28,825 bases of DNA from a virus (taxonomy: Duplodnaviria > Heunggongvirae > Uroviricota > Caudoviricetes): the IMG/VR virus record IMGVR_UViG_2698536355_000015, positions 1 through 28,825 of that record; one strand, written 5' to 3'. Numbering within the stretch: position 1 is the stretch's first letter; each line of letters begins with the position of its first letter. Of this stretch, positions 8,765 to 17,792 are shown in pieces. The notes under the pieces are model-generated. The model had not been told where the DNA came from. It saw nothing but the letters and a program-made list of their open reading frames with translations, and did not search any database. The position numbers and the translations under genes are program-made.

Positions 8765-10161
8765 TTTCTCAGTACCTTCATGGTTACCGGCATAAACGCC
8801 GGATGCGGAACGCGCGCTTCCTGCACCAGTTCATCCGCACGGGTGGCATCCTGATACAGCCGGTTAGCCAGCGTCAGCGCCGGAAGGGGCTGAGCCAGCG
8901 TGACCTGAATCAGTTCGCTCAGTCCGGATGCGCGGTCGCTCATTGTGGCCAGGAAGGAAGACCTGATGGCAAGCAGGCTGCCATACATACCGTCCTCCGC
9001 ACGGTCACCGGCCAGCACCAGCGCCGTATCCAGCTGAACGGAAACCCGCTGCGTTATCGCTTCAGCCTCATCGCGGCTGGACGGTCTGGCATCGGCGGCC
9101 GCGCGGGTCATGGCCCCCGAGCACAACACAACGATCAGCGTGTTCATGGTCGCGGATATCGCTTTGCTGCTGTCGGATTGCTGGCATTCCGTGCTGATGA
9201 CATTAGCCAGTTTTTCCAGTGCTGAGATCCGGTCATTCACGCTGCCGGCACTGTCAAGAATGGCATTCACAACATCGGCGACACCCTGCACAAAGTCATC
9301 CGGGTTGGTTGAGTTATTCAGATGATCCACGGTATCGGTGATGTTTTTCCGGTCCATCACCGACTGCGCGGTCACCTGGTCGGCAAGCGCCTGAGTGTCC
9401 TCCACGTCGGCAGTCGACGTATTGCCTGAAACAGCGGAAGAGCTACCACCGACTGGCCCCTTGCTGTAACGGCCATATTGCGTATTTCCAAACGTGGAAT
9501 TCAGGACGTTACTGAGGTTTGTGACTTCGCTGATGGTGCTGTCCACCATATTCGTCCAGAACGTGACGGTACCTTTAATGGTGTTGATCGCCTGCGTAAC
9601 ACCGCGGATTTCACCCTTTATCCTGGCGAGGGTACTGGCGACCGTCGTGCTCACCAGTTTCAGGTAGTTGGTGTTTACAGTATCGCCTGCGGTGGTACTG
9701 TCCGTGACGGCGAATACTTTGAGACCTGACTCAATTGCCATCAGGGTGAACTCAAACACTCGGCCATTTTCTGTCGATCCGGAAATACGCAGACCGTTTT
9801 CAGGAATAGAAACCGTTAATTCGCCGAGCGTCGGGTGGATCAGGGTACCGCTTCCCTTTGCTTCACAGGCGGCGATCAGCGACTGACGCTGGGTAATGGC
9901 ATCGCCGCCGCCGTAGACCTGGCTGTTCTGGATAAGGAACCCGCGAATAATAAACCGCCGGGTGGCGCGGCCGATATCTTCAATCCACGCGGTATCACGC
10001 CAGGGGTACTCATGCACGGCCTGACGACGGCCGTGGCTGCCCTCTTCTGCCACAACGGCAAACGGCACGCCGCGAAACGAGCTGGCACGCAACTGGCTCT
10101 GCCAGTCATCGCTGGCACCACCACCCATCAGGGACGTTATTGCATCCTGAATAATTGACAT
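8761..10161 (-). CDS. DNA circularisation protein N-like (Mu gpN-like tail protein)
   Basis: About 466 aa following the tape measure gene. The track ORF begins at a TTG inside the upstream terminator hairpin (10191); the ATG at 10159-10161 (MSIIQDAITSL...) has a GGAGG Shine-Dalgarno 7 nt upstream and is the likely start. Confidence 0.6.
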   Translation of the reverse strand: MSIIQDAITSLMGGGASDDWQSQLRASSFRGVPFAVVAEEGSHGRRQAVHEYPWRDTAWIEDIGRATRRFIIRGFLIQNSQVYGGGDAITQRQSLIAACEAKGSGTLIHPTLGELTVSIPENGLRISGSTENGRVFEFTLMAIESGLKVFAVTDSTTAGDTVNTNYLKLVSTTVASTLARIKGEIRGVTQAINTIKGTVTFWTNMVDSTISEVTNLSNVLNSTFGNTQYGRYSKGPVGGSSSAVSGNTSTADVEDTQALADQVTAQSVMDRKNITDTVDHLNNSTNPDDFVQGVADVVNAILDSAGSVNDRISALEKLANVISTECQQSDSSKAISATMNTLIVVLCSGAMTRAAADARPSSRDEAEAITQRVSVQLDTALVLAGDRAEDGMYGSLLAIRSSFLATMSDRASGLSELIQVTLAQPLPALTLANRLYQDATRADELVQEARVPHPAFMPVTMKVLRK

Positions 10162-10180
10162 CACGCCTCCAGAAAGAAAA

Positions 10181-10203
10181 AAAACCGCCAATTTGGCGGT
10201 TTT
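10181..10203. terminator. Bidirectional rho-independent terminator after the AT-rich tail-module insertion
   Basis: Perfect palindrome CCGCCAAATTTGGCGG flanked by an A8 run upstream and T4 downstream, giving a hairpin plus U-tract in either orientation; sits between the stop of the 10226..10627 gene and the start of the N-like gene. Confidence 0.6.
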
Positions 10204-10225
10204 GATTTCTATTGAACAACGATAA

Positions 10226-10627
10226 TTAAGGGTGAACTGAAAACCCGTCTGGCGATTTAGTAACGATCAGAGTCCTACCATCGGTAGTTTTTACTACTGC
10301 CAGATTCTCTGTAACATTCATCACTCCAGAAACATTTATACCATTATTTTCCAGATAATCATGAGTAACATTTATTGAGCCATAACATAAGTCATTATTA
10401 GTATAGAAGCCTTGGTATTCCTGCTTGCATTTATTTATCGACAAAAACTCATCCCTAAGAGAAAAAAACGCCATAACAAATGTGATAGCTAAAACAACTG
10501 AAATAACTCTGGCGATAGCTCTCCTTTTACTTTTCTCCTTCCTAAATGAAAGAAAAAGACAGATAAAGAATAAAATCAATAAAGCAATGCAACCTTGATA
10601 AATGCTCATAATCCACCAATCCACCAT
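10226..10627 (-). CDS. Small membrane protein of unknown function, AT-rich insertion in tail module (candidate superinfection-exclusion or host-interaction gene)
   Basis: ORF in a markedly AT-rich island between the tape measure and N-like genes; two N-terminal hydrophobic helices then a polar C-terminal domain of about 70 aa; followed by its own terminator. No recognisable homologue. Confidence 0.5.
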   Translation of the reverse strand: MVDWWIMSIYQGCIALLILFFICLFLSFRKEKSKRRAIARVISVVLAITFVMAFFSLRDEFLSINKCKQEYQGFYTNNDLCYGSINVTHDYLENNGINVSGVMNVTENLAVVKTTDGRTLIVTKSPDGFSVHP

Positions 10628-10714
10628 TAATAATATTCCGTTACCCAGATGACTGGGACAGTTTGCACTTCCACATCGATTTTGTCATCAAAAACCACTT
10701 ATCCAAACCCGGTA

Positions 10715-12529
10715 TTAATAATTCATGGCGGTGGCTATTCTGCCATTATCCTCAACGTTATAAGTTTTTTTCTCTCCCTTATCATTTACCAGAGTTATCT
10801 CCAACTTTAACTTTTGATCAGACATTGCCTCTTTCAGGGATCGGGCAAGATTGTCTGCCATAGCATTACCTACTCCACTAGGTGAACCAGTGATAATTGA
10901 AGTTCCCGGTCCATTGTCAGTACCAGAGGAATGATAGATACTTTGTTCTGTAAAGTTACTTTCTTGTTGGCCTTCATTATTGATTATCCTCTGGTAATGT
11001 CCCAGAACGGCCCCAGGATAGGCCTGATTTTGCTGTCCCCACCGACTGGTATCGTAACCACCGTTGTAATAGCGGAGCGCCAGCGGAACATTTCCGCCGG
11101 ACCTTTTCAGGTTCTCAGATAAGATTTGTGCCCCAGCCATAATGTTCTGCCGCGGATCGGTCCAGTCCGTTATCCCGGTCGACCGGAAATTTGACGGCAT
11201 AATCTGCATTAACCCTCGGGCGTCAGCACTACTAACTGCATATGGATTCCCGTTAGACTCCTGGGTCATTATGGCCTTCAGCAGGCGGGGATCCACACCA
11301 TATTGCTTGCCGGCTTCATTGAGTAGATCGTCATACTGTCCGCCCTGGTTATACGGTACATAGTTATTGCCGCCGACAGCAGGTCGGGTAATGGCAGCCA
11401 TATCGTCCTGCAGCTGGTTCGCCGTATCCGTCGCCCGGTAATTCGCATCGTAGCGTTTGCTCACAGCATCCGTCATAAACCCGGCATCCACCATCCCGCG
11501 CTCGCTGCGGGGCAGGCTGTTATAGAGTTCCTTGTCACCCTGAATACGGCGCAGTTTGGCCGCGTCCGCGCTGCTGATAAACCCCAGCGCATGCGACAGG
11601 CCGGTGAAATCGCCGTTGGTAAACAGGTCTGTCACGCCCTCGAGGCCGTCTTTCACCGACCCGTCGGAAAGCAGGCCTTTGAACAGCTTATTCTGCGATC
11701 GTTGCTTCAGTCCGTCCCATGAGGCGCCCAGTTCGTTCATCGTGCCGTTGATATCGGACAGTTGTTTATTAAGTTCGGGATCGACCGTCAGCCCGAACGT
11801 ATCGGATTTTGCCAGCAGGGTTTTCATGCGTTCACCTTCACGCATCAGCGCCAGCATTTCAGGGGTAAAACCCATCGCATCCGCGACAGATTTTTGCTGC
11901 TCGGGTCGCAACGTCGGGAACACACGCGCGATCTCTTCCATGGTTTTGAGCGTATCGACTGAACCATCCTTGTTTTTCTGGATCTGCACACCAATCTGCG
12001 ATAACGCGCCAAGTACCTGACCGTTTGCCCCGCTGGCCGCTTCCTTCAGCGTTTTTGCCATCCCTTCAATCGATGCATTTGCGCTTTCGCTGTCAGCCCC
12101 CAGAATACGCATGGCGCCAGCGAGCCTGGTAAAGTCATCAACCCGCATACCGGCGTTTTTCGATGCTGTATCCAGGTTGTACGCCTCCCGGGATGCTTCC
12201 CGAAAACCGTAGGCAACCTGCTGAAGGCCATATCCTGCTGCCCCAACAGCACCGAGCGCGCCCAGCTTGCCGGAGATTTCCCCCACCATTTTTAGCGGGG
12301 GAACCATATCACCGATGAACTGCACGTTATCCCGCGCGCTCTTCGACATATTCTCCAGGCGTGAAATAAAACCGTTCAGCCCGTCGACCGTCTCCTGGCC
12401 CCCTAACTGGAGCCCTTCTTTGGTTTTATTCAGCTTCGGCTCAAGATCGCGGATAGCTTCATCAATCCGGGTTATCGCGTCACTGACCTGATCGCTGGCC
12501 ACCAGCTCAAAATCAAAAGAATTACTCAT
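10715..12529 (-). CDS. Tail tape measure protein with lytic transglycosylase (SLT) domain
   Basis: 604 aa, largely Ala/Gly/Leu-rich and helical, directly downstream of the frameshifted chaperone pair; contains a family-1 lytic transglycosylase motif (...AIMTQESNGNPYAVSSADARGLMQIMPSNF...). Confidence 0.75.
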   Translation of the reverse strand: MSNSFDFELVASDQVSDAITRIDEAIRDLEPKLNKTKEGLQLGGQETVDGLNGFISRLENMSKSARDNVQFIGDMVPPLKMVGEISGKLGALGAVGAAGYGLQQVAYGFREASREAYNLDTASKNAGMRVDDFTRLAGAMRILGADSESANASIEGMAKTLKEAASGANGQVLGALSQIGVQIQKNKDGSVDTLKTMEEIARVFPTLRPEQQKSVADAMGFTPEMLALMREGERMKTLLAKSDTFGLTVDPELNKQLSDINGTMNELGASWDGLKQRSQNKLFKGLLSDGSVKDGLEGVTDLFTNGDFTGLSHALGFISSADAAKLRRIQGDKELYNSLPRSERGMVDAGFMTDAVSKRYDANYRATDTANQLQDDMAAITRPAVGGNNYVPYNQGGQYDDLLNEAGKQYGVDPRLLKAIMTQESNGNPYAVSSADARGLMQIMPSNFRSTGITDWTDPRQNIMAGAQILSENLKRSGGNVPLALRYYNGGYDTSRWGQQNQAYPGAVLGHYQRIINNEGQQESNFTEQSIYHSSGTDNGPGTSIITGSPSGVGNAMADNLARSLKEAMSDQKLKLEITLVNDKGEKKTYNVEDNGRIATAMNY

Positions 12530-12713
12530 CGTTGTCAGGGTTCCTGAGTTTGTTAATCCGGGAGGCCTGTGTCACCCACCAGGTCAGCCGGGCGCGGGTC
12601 ATTCCCCACGCCCGGTCCTCAGACCAGCGGAAATAGAAGGTGATATCAGCGGCGGTTTCCTGCCAGACGGTCAGGGCTTCCAGGTCAAAAAACCGAGCAG
12701 GTACTCCTCGCAT
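12522..12713 (-). CDS. -1 frame extension of the tail assembly chaperone (G/GT-type fusion product)
   Basis: ORF in the -1 frame overlapping the 3' end of the chaperone ORF and ending 8 nt into the tape measure gene; joined to the upstream frame through a T_TTT_TTG slippery heptamer. Confidence 0.5.
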   Translation of the reverse strand: MRGVPARFFDLEALTVWQETAADITFYFRWSEDRAWGMTRARLTWWVTQASRINKLRNPDNDE

Positions 12714-12949
12714 TTTCGAAAATCGATGAAATCCATCGGCTGCAGCACGGATTCACGCGTGCCGGACACCAGCGCAATAAGCAGGCGCATCGCCGCCAGT
12801 GAGGTGGATGCGGCTTGTTTTTCGTAAAACTGCTCTGCCTGGCTGAGCGTCGGGGCTTTCAGCTCCAGCTGCTCATAGCGGGTTTTCTGCGGCGCATCTT
12901 CAAGCGGTACCGCCAGCAAAATGATTTTTACACGTTCAATTTCTGCCAT
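12671..12949 (-). CDS. Tail assembly chaperone (tape measure chaperone)
   Basis: 92-aa ORF between the tail tube and tape measure genes with an overlapping -1 frame extension, the conserved arrangement of tail chaperones. Confidence 0.6.
   Translation of the reverse strand: MAEIERVKIILLAVPLEDAPQKTRYEQLELKAPTLSQAEQFYEKQAASTSLAAMRLLIALVSGTRESVLQPMDFIDFRKCEEYLLGFLTWKP
12686..12692 (-). other. Programmed -1 ribosomal frameshift slippery heptamer (T TTT TTG)
   Basis: Minus-strand GGT TTT TTG in the chaperone frame; a -1 slip gives TTT TTT then GAC CTG GAA..., which is the reading frame of the 12522..12713 extension ORF. Confidence 0.55.
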
Positions 12950-12950
12950 C

Positions 12951-13322
12951 TTAGTTCTCCGTTACTTCCCGGCCTTCCCAGCGAACATCAAATACAGCAT
13001 CTTCGCTTTCCACTTCCTGGACGTTTACCGTCCAGAGCTGCTGACCGATAATGGTTTTCCCATTCGCCAGTTCCGCCACAATGTTGACATTGGTTTGCCC
13101 ATTGAAACCTTTGACGTTCGTCCCGCCGCTGTCACGCAGCCGGGCCGAGATATACGGCGCCACAGGTTTTTCTTTGTACCCGTGTACGCCGTCCATCCCC
13201 GTCAGGGTGGTGCGGTTGACGGTGGAAACCTGGTATTTAAATGAGCCCTCCACCATCACTGTTACACCGTTGACGGTGACATACGCGGTTCCCGCCAGGC
13301 GGTTAGAAGTATCACCTGCCAT
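12951..13322 (-). CDS. Tail tube protein (Mu gpM-like)
   Basis: 123 aa immediately downstream of the sheath gene. Confidence 0.65.
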   Translation of the reverse strand: MAGDTSNRLAGTAYVTVNGVTVMVEGSFKYQVSTVNRTTLTGMDGVHGYKEKPVAPYISARLRDSGGTNVKGFNGQTNVNIVAELANGKTIIGQQLWTVNVQEVESEDAVFDVRWEGREVTEN

Positions 13323-13325
13323 CGT

Positions 13326-14828
13326 TTATGCTCCTGTTGATTCAGCCCGCGTACGGAACTGGTTGAGCAGCGCAAAAATGCGCAGCTGGTTCATGAGGGT
13401 TCCCGGCCACAGCACATCGACGCGGTTCGGGTTTTTGGCGTTCTGCTCAACAATGATGTTTTTGGCAAAGGCCGCGGCATCCTGCGCATACCCGTTCCAC
13501 ACCAGGTTGCCATACTCCGCAATCTGATCTGCTTTGATAATGTTCGGGGTGACAATCGCGGCGCCGGGGGCAAAACGGGTACCGTCAGCCGCCAGCTTCA
13601 TCCGGCCAAACTTACTGGTTACCGCCGTGCGCAGGTAACGGGTCACAAACATCAGACTGAAGAGCGTTTCCACCTCGAGGTAGCTGCCATCCTCGTCGCC
13701 GTAGCTGTTCTTCTGGTAAGTGGTGATCAGGTTCTCAATACGCACCGTGCCGTCATCATCCACCGTAAACGTCGAAATGCCGCTGTACAGCAGGTTGTTA
13801 CGCTCGGTCAGTTCAAAGCGGTCCTGCAACTCCGGCGCAAGAACCCCCAGGATAGCCAGCGACTGCACCGGGCGCCCCGGATCATTGCGCAGGCTGACCG
13901 CCGCCGCGCCTGTGTACCCGGCAGACCACACCCAGGAGGGCGACGGTGATTTATTCACGCCCATCAGCGTTTCATGCTGGTTGTTTCGCACCTCGCCTTT
14001 CGTTCCGAGCTGCGCATAGGTTCCGGTAGTCGTACCAAAGGAATGACCGTACAACTGCTTATCCCACGCCCAGCGGCCGCCGACATCTGAAAGGAACGCC
14101 TTCATCGCATCCAGTGATGCGGTGTCGTCATAGGGGTTAACGATAAAGTCGAACGTCCGGTCCTGCAGGTTGGCCAGCGCGCCAGTGATATCCGGCGCAC
14201 TGGCACCACCGCTCATGGCTGTAATGGTCAGTTCCAGGCCTGCAGGTGTCACCTCCCCACCAGGTGATCGGAGGTAGTTCAGGCGAACATCAATACCATT
14301 GCCAATGGCGCCAAGGTTTTTCGCTGTCAGGGTTACTGTATCAGTGGCCGCACTGGCGGTTACCGGCAGCGTGGTTTTTGCGTTAATCGCCGCCGCCAGA
14401 GAGGTGGCAATCGCGGCCGCCGTATCCGTTGCCACAACGGTCAGTTGAATACGCTCGCCGGCGATGTACAGCGAAATCACCCCGGTTGCCGTCGGTACGC
14501 TGGTTACTTTAATGGTGCCGGTGGCGGAAACCATGGAGTCAGGGTCTTCCTCCAGCGGCAGGATCCAGACTTCGGCGGCGGTATCATTGTTCTGATACGC
14601 CGTCATCATGGCCTGCAGGATACTGCCCTTTCCGGCCAGATCGCCGACAGTATCAGCAGAAGAGACGCGTTCAGGAATACCGGCGGTTGCCGAACCGGAA
14701 GTCAGCATCCCACCGATAAGCAGGGTGCGCTGCGTGGCTGTGGCGTTATTCGCCATCGAGTTATCAAACTCAACGAAGAACAACCCCACCCGCAGGTTAT
14801 CGGGGACTCGGGCGAAGGGTACGGTCAT
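13326..14828 (-). CDS. Contractile tail sheath protein (Mu gpL-like)
   Basis: 500 aa, the expected sheath size, followed by tube, chaperone and tape measure genes. Confidence 0.8.
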   Translation of the reverse strand: MTVPFARVPDNLRVGLFFVEFDNSMANNATATQRTLLIGGMLTSGSATAGIPERVSSADTVGDLAGKGSILQAMMTAYQNNDTAAEVWILPLEEDPDSMVSATGTIKVTSVPTATGVISLYIAGERIQLTVVATDTAAAIATSLAAAINAKTTLPVTASAATDTVTLTAKNLGAIGNGIDVRLNYLRSPGGEVTPAGLELTITAMSGGASAPDITGALANLQDRTFDFIVNPYDDTASLDAMKAFLSDVGGRWAWDKQLYGHSFGTTTGTYAQLGTKGEVRNNQHETLMGVNKSPSPSWVWSAGYTGAAAVSLRNDPGRPVQSLAILGVLAPELQDRFELTERNNLLYSGISTFTVDDDGTVRIENLITTYQKNSYGDEDGSYLEVETLFSLMFVTRYLRTAVTSKFGRMKLAADGTRFAPGAAIVTPNIIKADQIAEYGNLVWNGYAQDAAAFAKNIIVEQNAKNPNRVDVLWPGTLMNQLRIFALLNQFRTRAESTGA

Positions 14829-15022
14829 TCAGTCTCTCCCTCTTTTTTCGGTGAAACACCTTTCGCTGGCGCGATCGTCTGCTGAGTGGCCGGAACCACA
14901 TCACCGTCACGCAGCCTGCGGCGCCAGAAAATATTGTCAGGAACCTCTGCGCCGTCTGGCGGCAAAGGGCTGCCCTTGACGGGACAGCGAACGCTGAGCC
15001 CGTCTTTCGGTTTTACAAACAT
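14825..15022 (-). CDS. Small hypothetical protein preceding the sheath gene
   Basis: 65-aa ORF packed between neighbours with a 4-nt overlap with the sheath start; no homologue recognised. Confidence 0.35.
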   Translation of the reverse strand: MFVKPKDGLSVRCPVKGSPLPPDGAEVPDNIFWRRRLRDGDVVPATQQTIAPAKGVSPKKEGETE

Positions 15023-15025
15023 AAT

Positions 15026-15571
15026 TTACTCCTGGAAGTTGAGGCTGATACCGGGCTGCGGCGTACCGTCGGGTACGACAATCGCGATATCGATGCCTTC
15101 AAGGGGAACCGCCTGAACAGGATAGAAGTCTTCCGGCCCCTGATAATGTTCGATGTCGATTTCAAGCAGCAGCTGGCCCATATGCGCTTCACCGTCGGCA
15201 TCGACATTGATGGTTGAGCGCACCTCGGCGTATTTCTGAATCTTCCGGGTCAGCTCATAGCTGTTGATGACCGCGCGCTCCACCTGATCCCGCAGCGCTT
15301 CCAGCGCCAGCTCTGCTTTCATCGCGCCATCATCTGTCGTATCGCCGTCGTACTCCTGTACCCGGCCAGTAATTCTGACGGTAGTGATAGTGGTAAACGC
15401 CGGGGTATTCCGCCCCAGCGACTTTTTTTGCTCAAACGGCGTCTGAACCAGCAGCGCCGGATACATGTCCGCCGATGTTGACCAGTCGCGGGGGGAATAC
15501 ACGCTGCTTCCGGCGTCCGTGGCGCCGGTCAGCGCCGTGACCACCATCTGTCGTACTGCTGCTGCATTCAT
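15026..15571 (-). CDS. Putative tail completion / neck protein
   Basis: 181 aa between the head-tail joining genes and the sheath gene; assignment by position only. Confidence 0.45.
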   Translation of the reverse strand: MNAAAVRQMVVTALTGATDAGSSVYSPRDWSTSADMYPALLVQTPFEQKKSLGRNTPAFTTITTVRITGRVQEYDGDTTDDGAMKAELALEALRDQVERAVINSYELTRKIQKYAEVRSTINVDADGEAHMGQLLLEIDIEHYQGPEDFYPVQAVPLEGIDIAIVVPDGTPQPGISLNFQE

Positions 15572-15927
15572 CGTTGTTTCACCACGTTAAGAACGAGTTT
15601 TGAGCCGCCATGGCTGTCCGGTTCGACGTTTGATACCACGAACAACTGATTCACAGGCTTTCCGCCGGCAGTTTTGATAAAGACACGATCGGACACCGCC
15701 GGGAGCGGTCTGCCGGAGTCGGTAAACTCCGCATCGCGCACCCCCAGTACCGGGCTCGTGGTATTTATCGCTGAATCACCGTCCAGATTTTCGGTTACCT
15801 GGGCGTAACCGCGGTCGAAAATGCCGTTTATCGGAAAGGGAGTACCGTTTCGGGGGCGGTACTCCTGCTCGTCGCCGAAGACACCATGCAGCGGACTCAG
15901 GAGGTGTAAATCCCAGTCCACGCCCAT
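15568..15927 (-). CDS. Putative head-tail joining protein (lambda FII position)
   Basis: Track ORF is 15568..16077, but the likely start is the internal Met (MGVDWDL...) at 15925-15927, giving 120 aa and no overlap with the upstream gene; lambda FII is 117 aa. Confidence 0.45.
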   Translation of the reverse strand: MGVDWDLHLLSPLHGVFGDEQEYRPRNGTPFPINGIFDRGYAQVTENLDGDSAINTTSPVLGVRDAEFTDSGRPLPAVSDRVFIKTAGGKPVNQLFVVSNVEPDSHGGSKLVLNVVKQR

Positions 15928-15931
15928 GGCA

Positions 15932-16234
15932 TTACCCCGAAGTGACAGTGACGGCGGGTTGTGCCGCCTGCGCGCGCTGACGCAGTACGTGGACGTCAGC
16001 AATAATGCCCGCCTGCAGCAGGCGCTCTGCATCCTGGCCGGTGACCGGAATAACGCTGTTTTCCCGGTAGACTTCACCGTTGTGGCGGACCATGTTGCCC
16101 TTCAGCACGACAAACTCCGGCCCATCATCCACGATGACATCATCATCCTCAGCGGAGGTATCTACTACCGGGACGATGCCTTCGGCGTTCAGATCATCGG
16201 CTGCAGGCGCTGGACTGTTTGTTGCTTTCGCCAT
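15932..16234 (-). CDS. Hypothetical head protein (lambda FI position; possible DNA-packaging/head completion factor)
   Basis: About 100 aa directly after the major capsid gene; start taken at the Met of MAKATNSP... to avoid overlap with the capsid gene. Assignment by synteny only. Confidence 0.4.
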   Translation of the reverse strand: MAKATNSPAPAADDLNAEGIVPVVDTSAEDDDVIVDDGPEFVVLKGNMVRHNGEVYRENSVIPVTGQDAERLLQAGIIADVHVLRQRAQAAQPAVTVTSG

Positions 16235-16235
16235 A

Positions 16236-17285
16236 TCACACCACCGTTGCACAAAGGGACGCGTTTACCCGGCTTGGAATAACCAGCGGGGAAGATTGCA
16301 TCAGGATAAGACGCTGGGCAGGATCTTCTTTCACCCATGATTTTGGTGCATAGGCCAGCGGGCCGTAGTTGAATGCGGGATCCATAATCACGCCAAATGC
16401 GCGGGTACCCATCAGGTCAGCACCACTCATAATGACAGCCCCATCGGGGATCATGGGCTTCTCGATGTTATCAAGCGGGTCAATAAACCAGTCGTTATAT
16501 AACCAGAGGTCAAAGTTACCCCAGCGCCCTTTATAGATGGCACCCTTCATCACCTGCGGGCCAGCGTTAATCTGGTTACCAAACGGGCTCAGCGCCGGGA
16601 AGGTGATGGCGTTGTCCTTGATGGTGGTATCCAGGCGGAATGCACGCCATGACTTGCTCGTGAAAACCAGATCAGTCGCGACAGAACCGGACTCTTTCAG
16701 GAAAAGAGTCTGCCAGACTTCGATATCATCTGATGGTTGAGTGTTAGTGGTGCCGGATGCAACCGTCAGCGGCCATTTATCAGAACCACTGAGAGTAATA
16801 GTGAGATCTGAAGAGCGTCCGAAATCCACCACTTTGGTTTCATAGCCTTCCCCGGTAACTGTAACGGTACCGGACACCAACGCGCTGGCCGCCATCCATT
16901 CAAGACGACGGTTGATCATGTCAATCTGATCAGTCATCTCAAACTGCAGGTTCAACATTTCACGCTCTGCTGCTGTGTACTCTCCACCAATACGCTCACC
17001 AATCTGGCGACGAATCGGTTTGCGTAGGTCCGGCGCTCGCTTATCTTTGATGTAAGCCGGTTTGAAGGTATTGGTCTGGTATTTACGGGATTCGACCAGC
17101 TTACCTTCCACCAGTGGGGAGACGAACGGCGCCATACGACGCAGGCCGACATCAACATCAATCGCTACTTCTTCAGTCTCGTAAGTCACAACATTCGGAA
17201 AGAAGCGATCAAGCAGCCAGTTCTGACTGGTTTTCAGGTTAGGAACGACCTGCACCAGCACACTGGTTTCATAAATATTATCCAT
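16236..17285 (-). CDS. Major capsid protein (lambda gpE family)
   Basis: 349 aa versus lambda gpE 341 aa; follows the gpD-like gene as in lambda. Confidence 0.8.
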   Translation of the reverse strand: MDNIYETSVLVQVVPNLKTSQNWLLDRFFPNVVTYETEEVAIDVDVGLRRMAPFVSPLVEGKLVESRKYQTNTFKPAYIKDKRAPDLRKPIRRQIGERIGGEYTAAEREMLNLQFEMTDQIDMINRRLEWMAASALVSGTVTVTGEGYETKVVDFGRSSDLTITLSGSDKWPLTVASGTTNTQPSDDIEVWQTLFLKESGSVATDLVFTSKSWRAFRLDTTIKDNAITFPALSPFGNQINAGPQVMKGAIYKGRWGNFDLWLYNDWFIDPLDNIEKPMIPDGAVIMSGADLMGTRAFGVIMDPAFNYGPLAYAPKSWVKEDPAQRLILMQSSPLVIPSRVNASLCATVV

Positions 17286-17390
17286 AGTCAGTCTCTTGAT
17301 GATGCCGGACGGGGGCCCGGCAGGAATTTGAAATACGCGATCCCCTGCCGGTTAAAGCACGGAGAAAAAAATATCCGGGAGAGGGTTAAA

Positions 17391-17792
17391 TCAGGAAACG
17401 GGTGCCTGAATACTGTCGCGCAGGAAAATCGCCAGCGGGCGCAGGGCGGTTTTCATATCCGCAAGGGTCCAGGAGGCATCGAGGGTAATACGGTTCTGGT
17501 TAAACTCGCCCATCAGGTAAACACCACCGGACTGATCGCCGTGCGTGGCCGCCTGAACATCGTCGACCAGGATAGCGCAGGGTTTTTCGCTACCGTCAGC
17601 AGCCGTTTTAACACAGGCGGTATATTTCCCGCTTGCCGAAATCATGCCAAGCACAGTGCCACGTTTATAGTCTCCGCCAGTAACAGTCACCGTATCAGTG
17701 ATGAGCTGCAACGGACCCGCAATAAGCTGATCCGGTACAAACAGCGAGCTTTTCATACCCGGCGCAAACGGGTTCTGACCAAACTGATCCAT
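17391..17792 (-). CDS. Head decoration protein (lambda gpD-like)
   Basis: 133 aa between the scaffold and major capsid genes, as gpD in lambda. Confidence 0.7.
   Translation of the reverse strand: MDQFGQNPFAPGMKSSLFVPDQLIAGPLQLITDTVTVTGGDYKRGTVLGMISASGKYTACVKTAADGSEKPCAILVDDVQAATHGDQSGGVYLMGEFNQNRITLDASWTLADMKTALRPLAIFLRDSIQAPVS

Noticed and set aside
8761-10191. Track-defined N-terminus (MAVFFLSGGV) of the N-like tail protein
   Set aside because: These ten residues are a TTG-initiated read through the terminator palindrome and its T-tract; the ATG at 10159-10161 with a GGAGG Shine-Dalgarno is the credible start, so the CDS was trimmed to 8761..10161.
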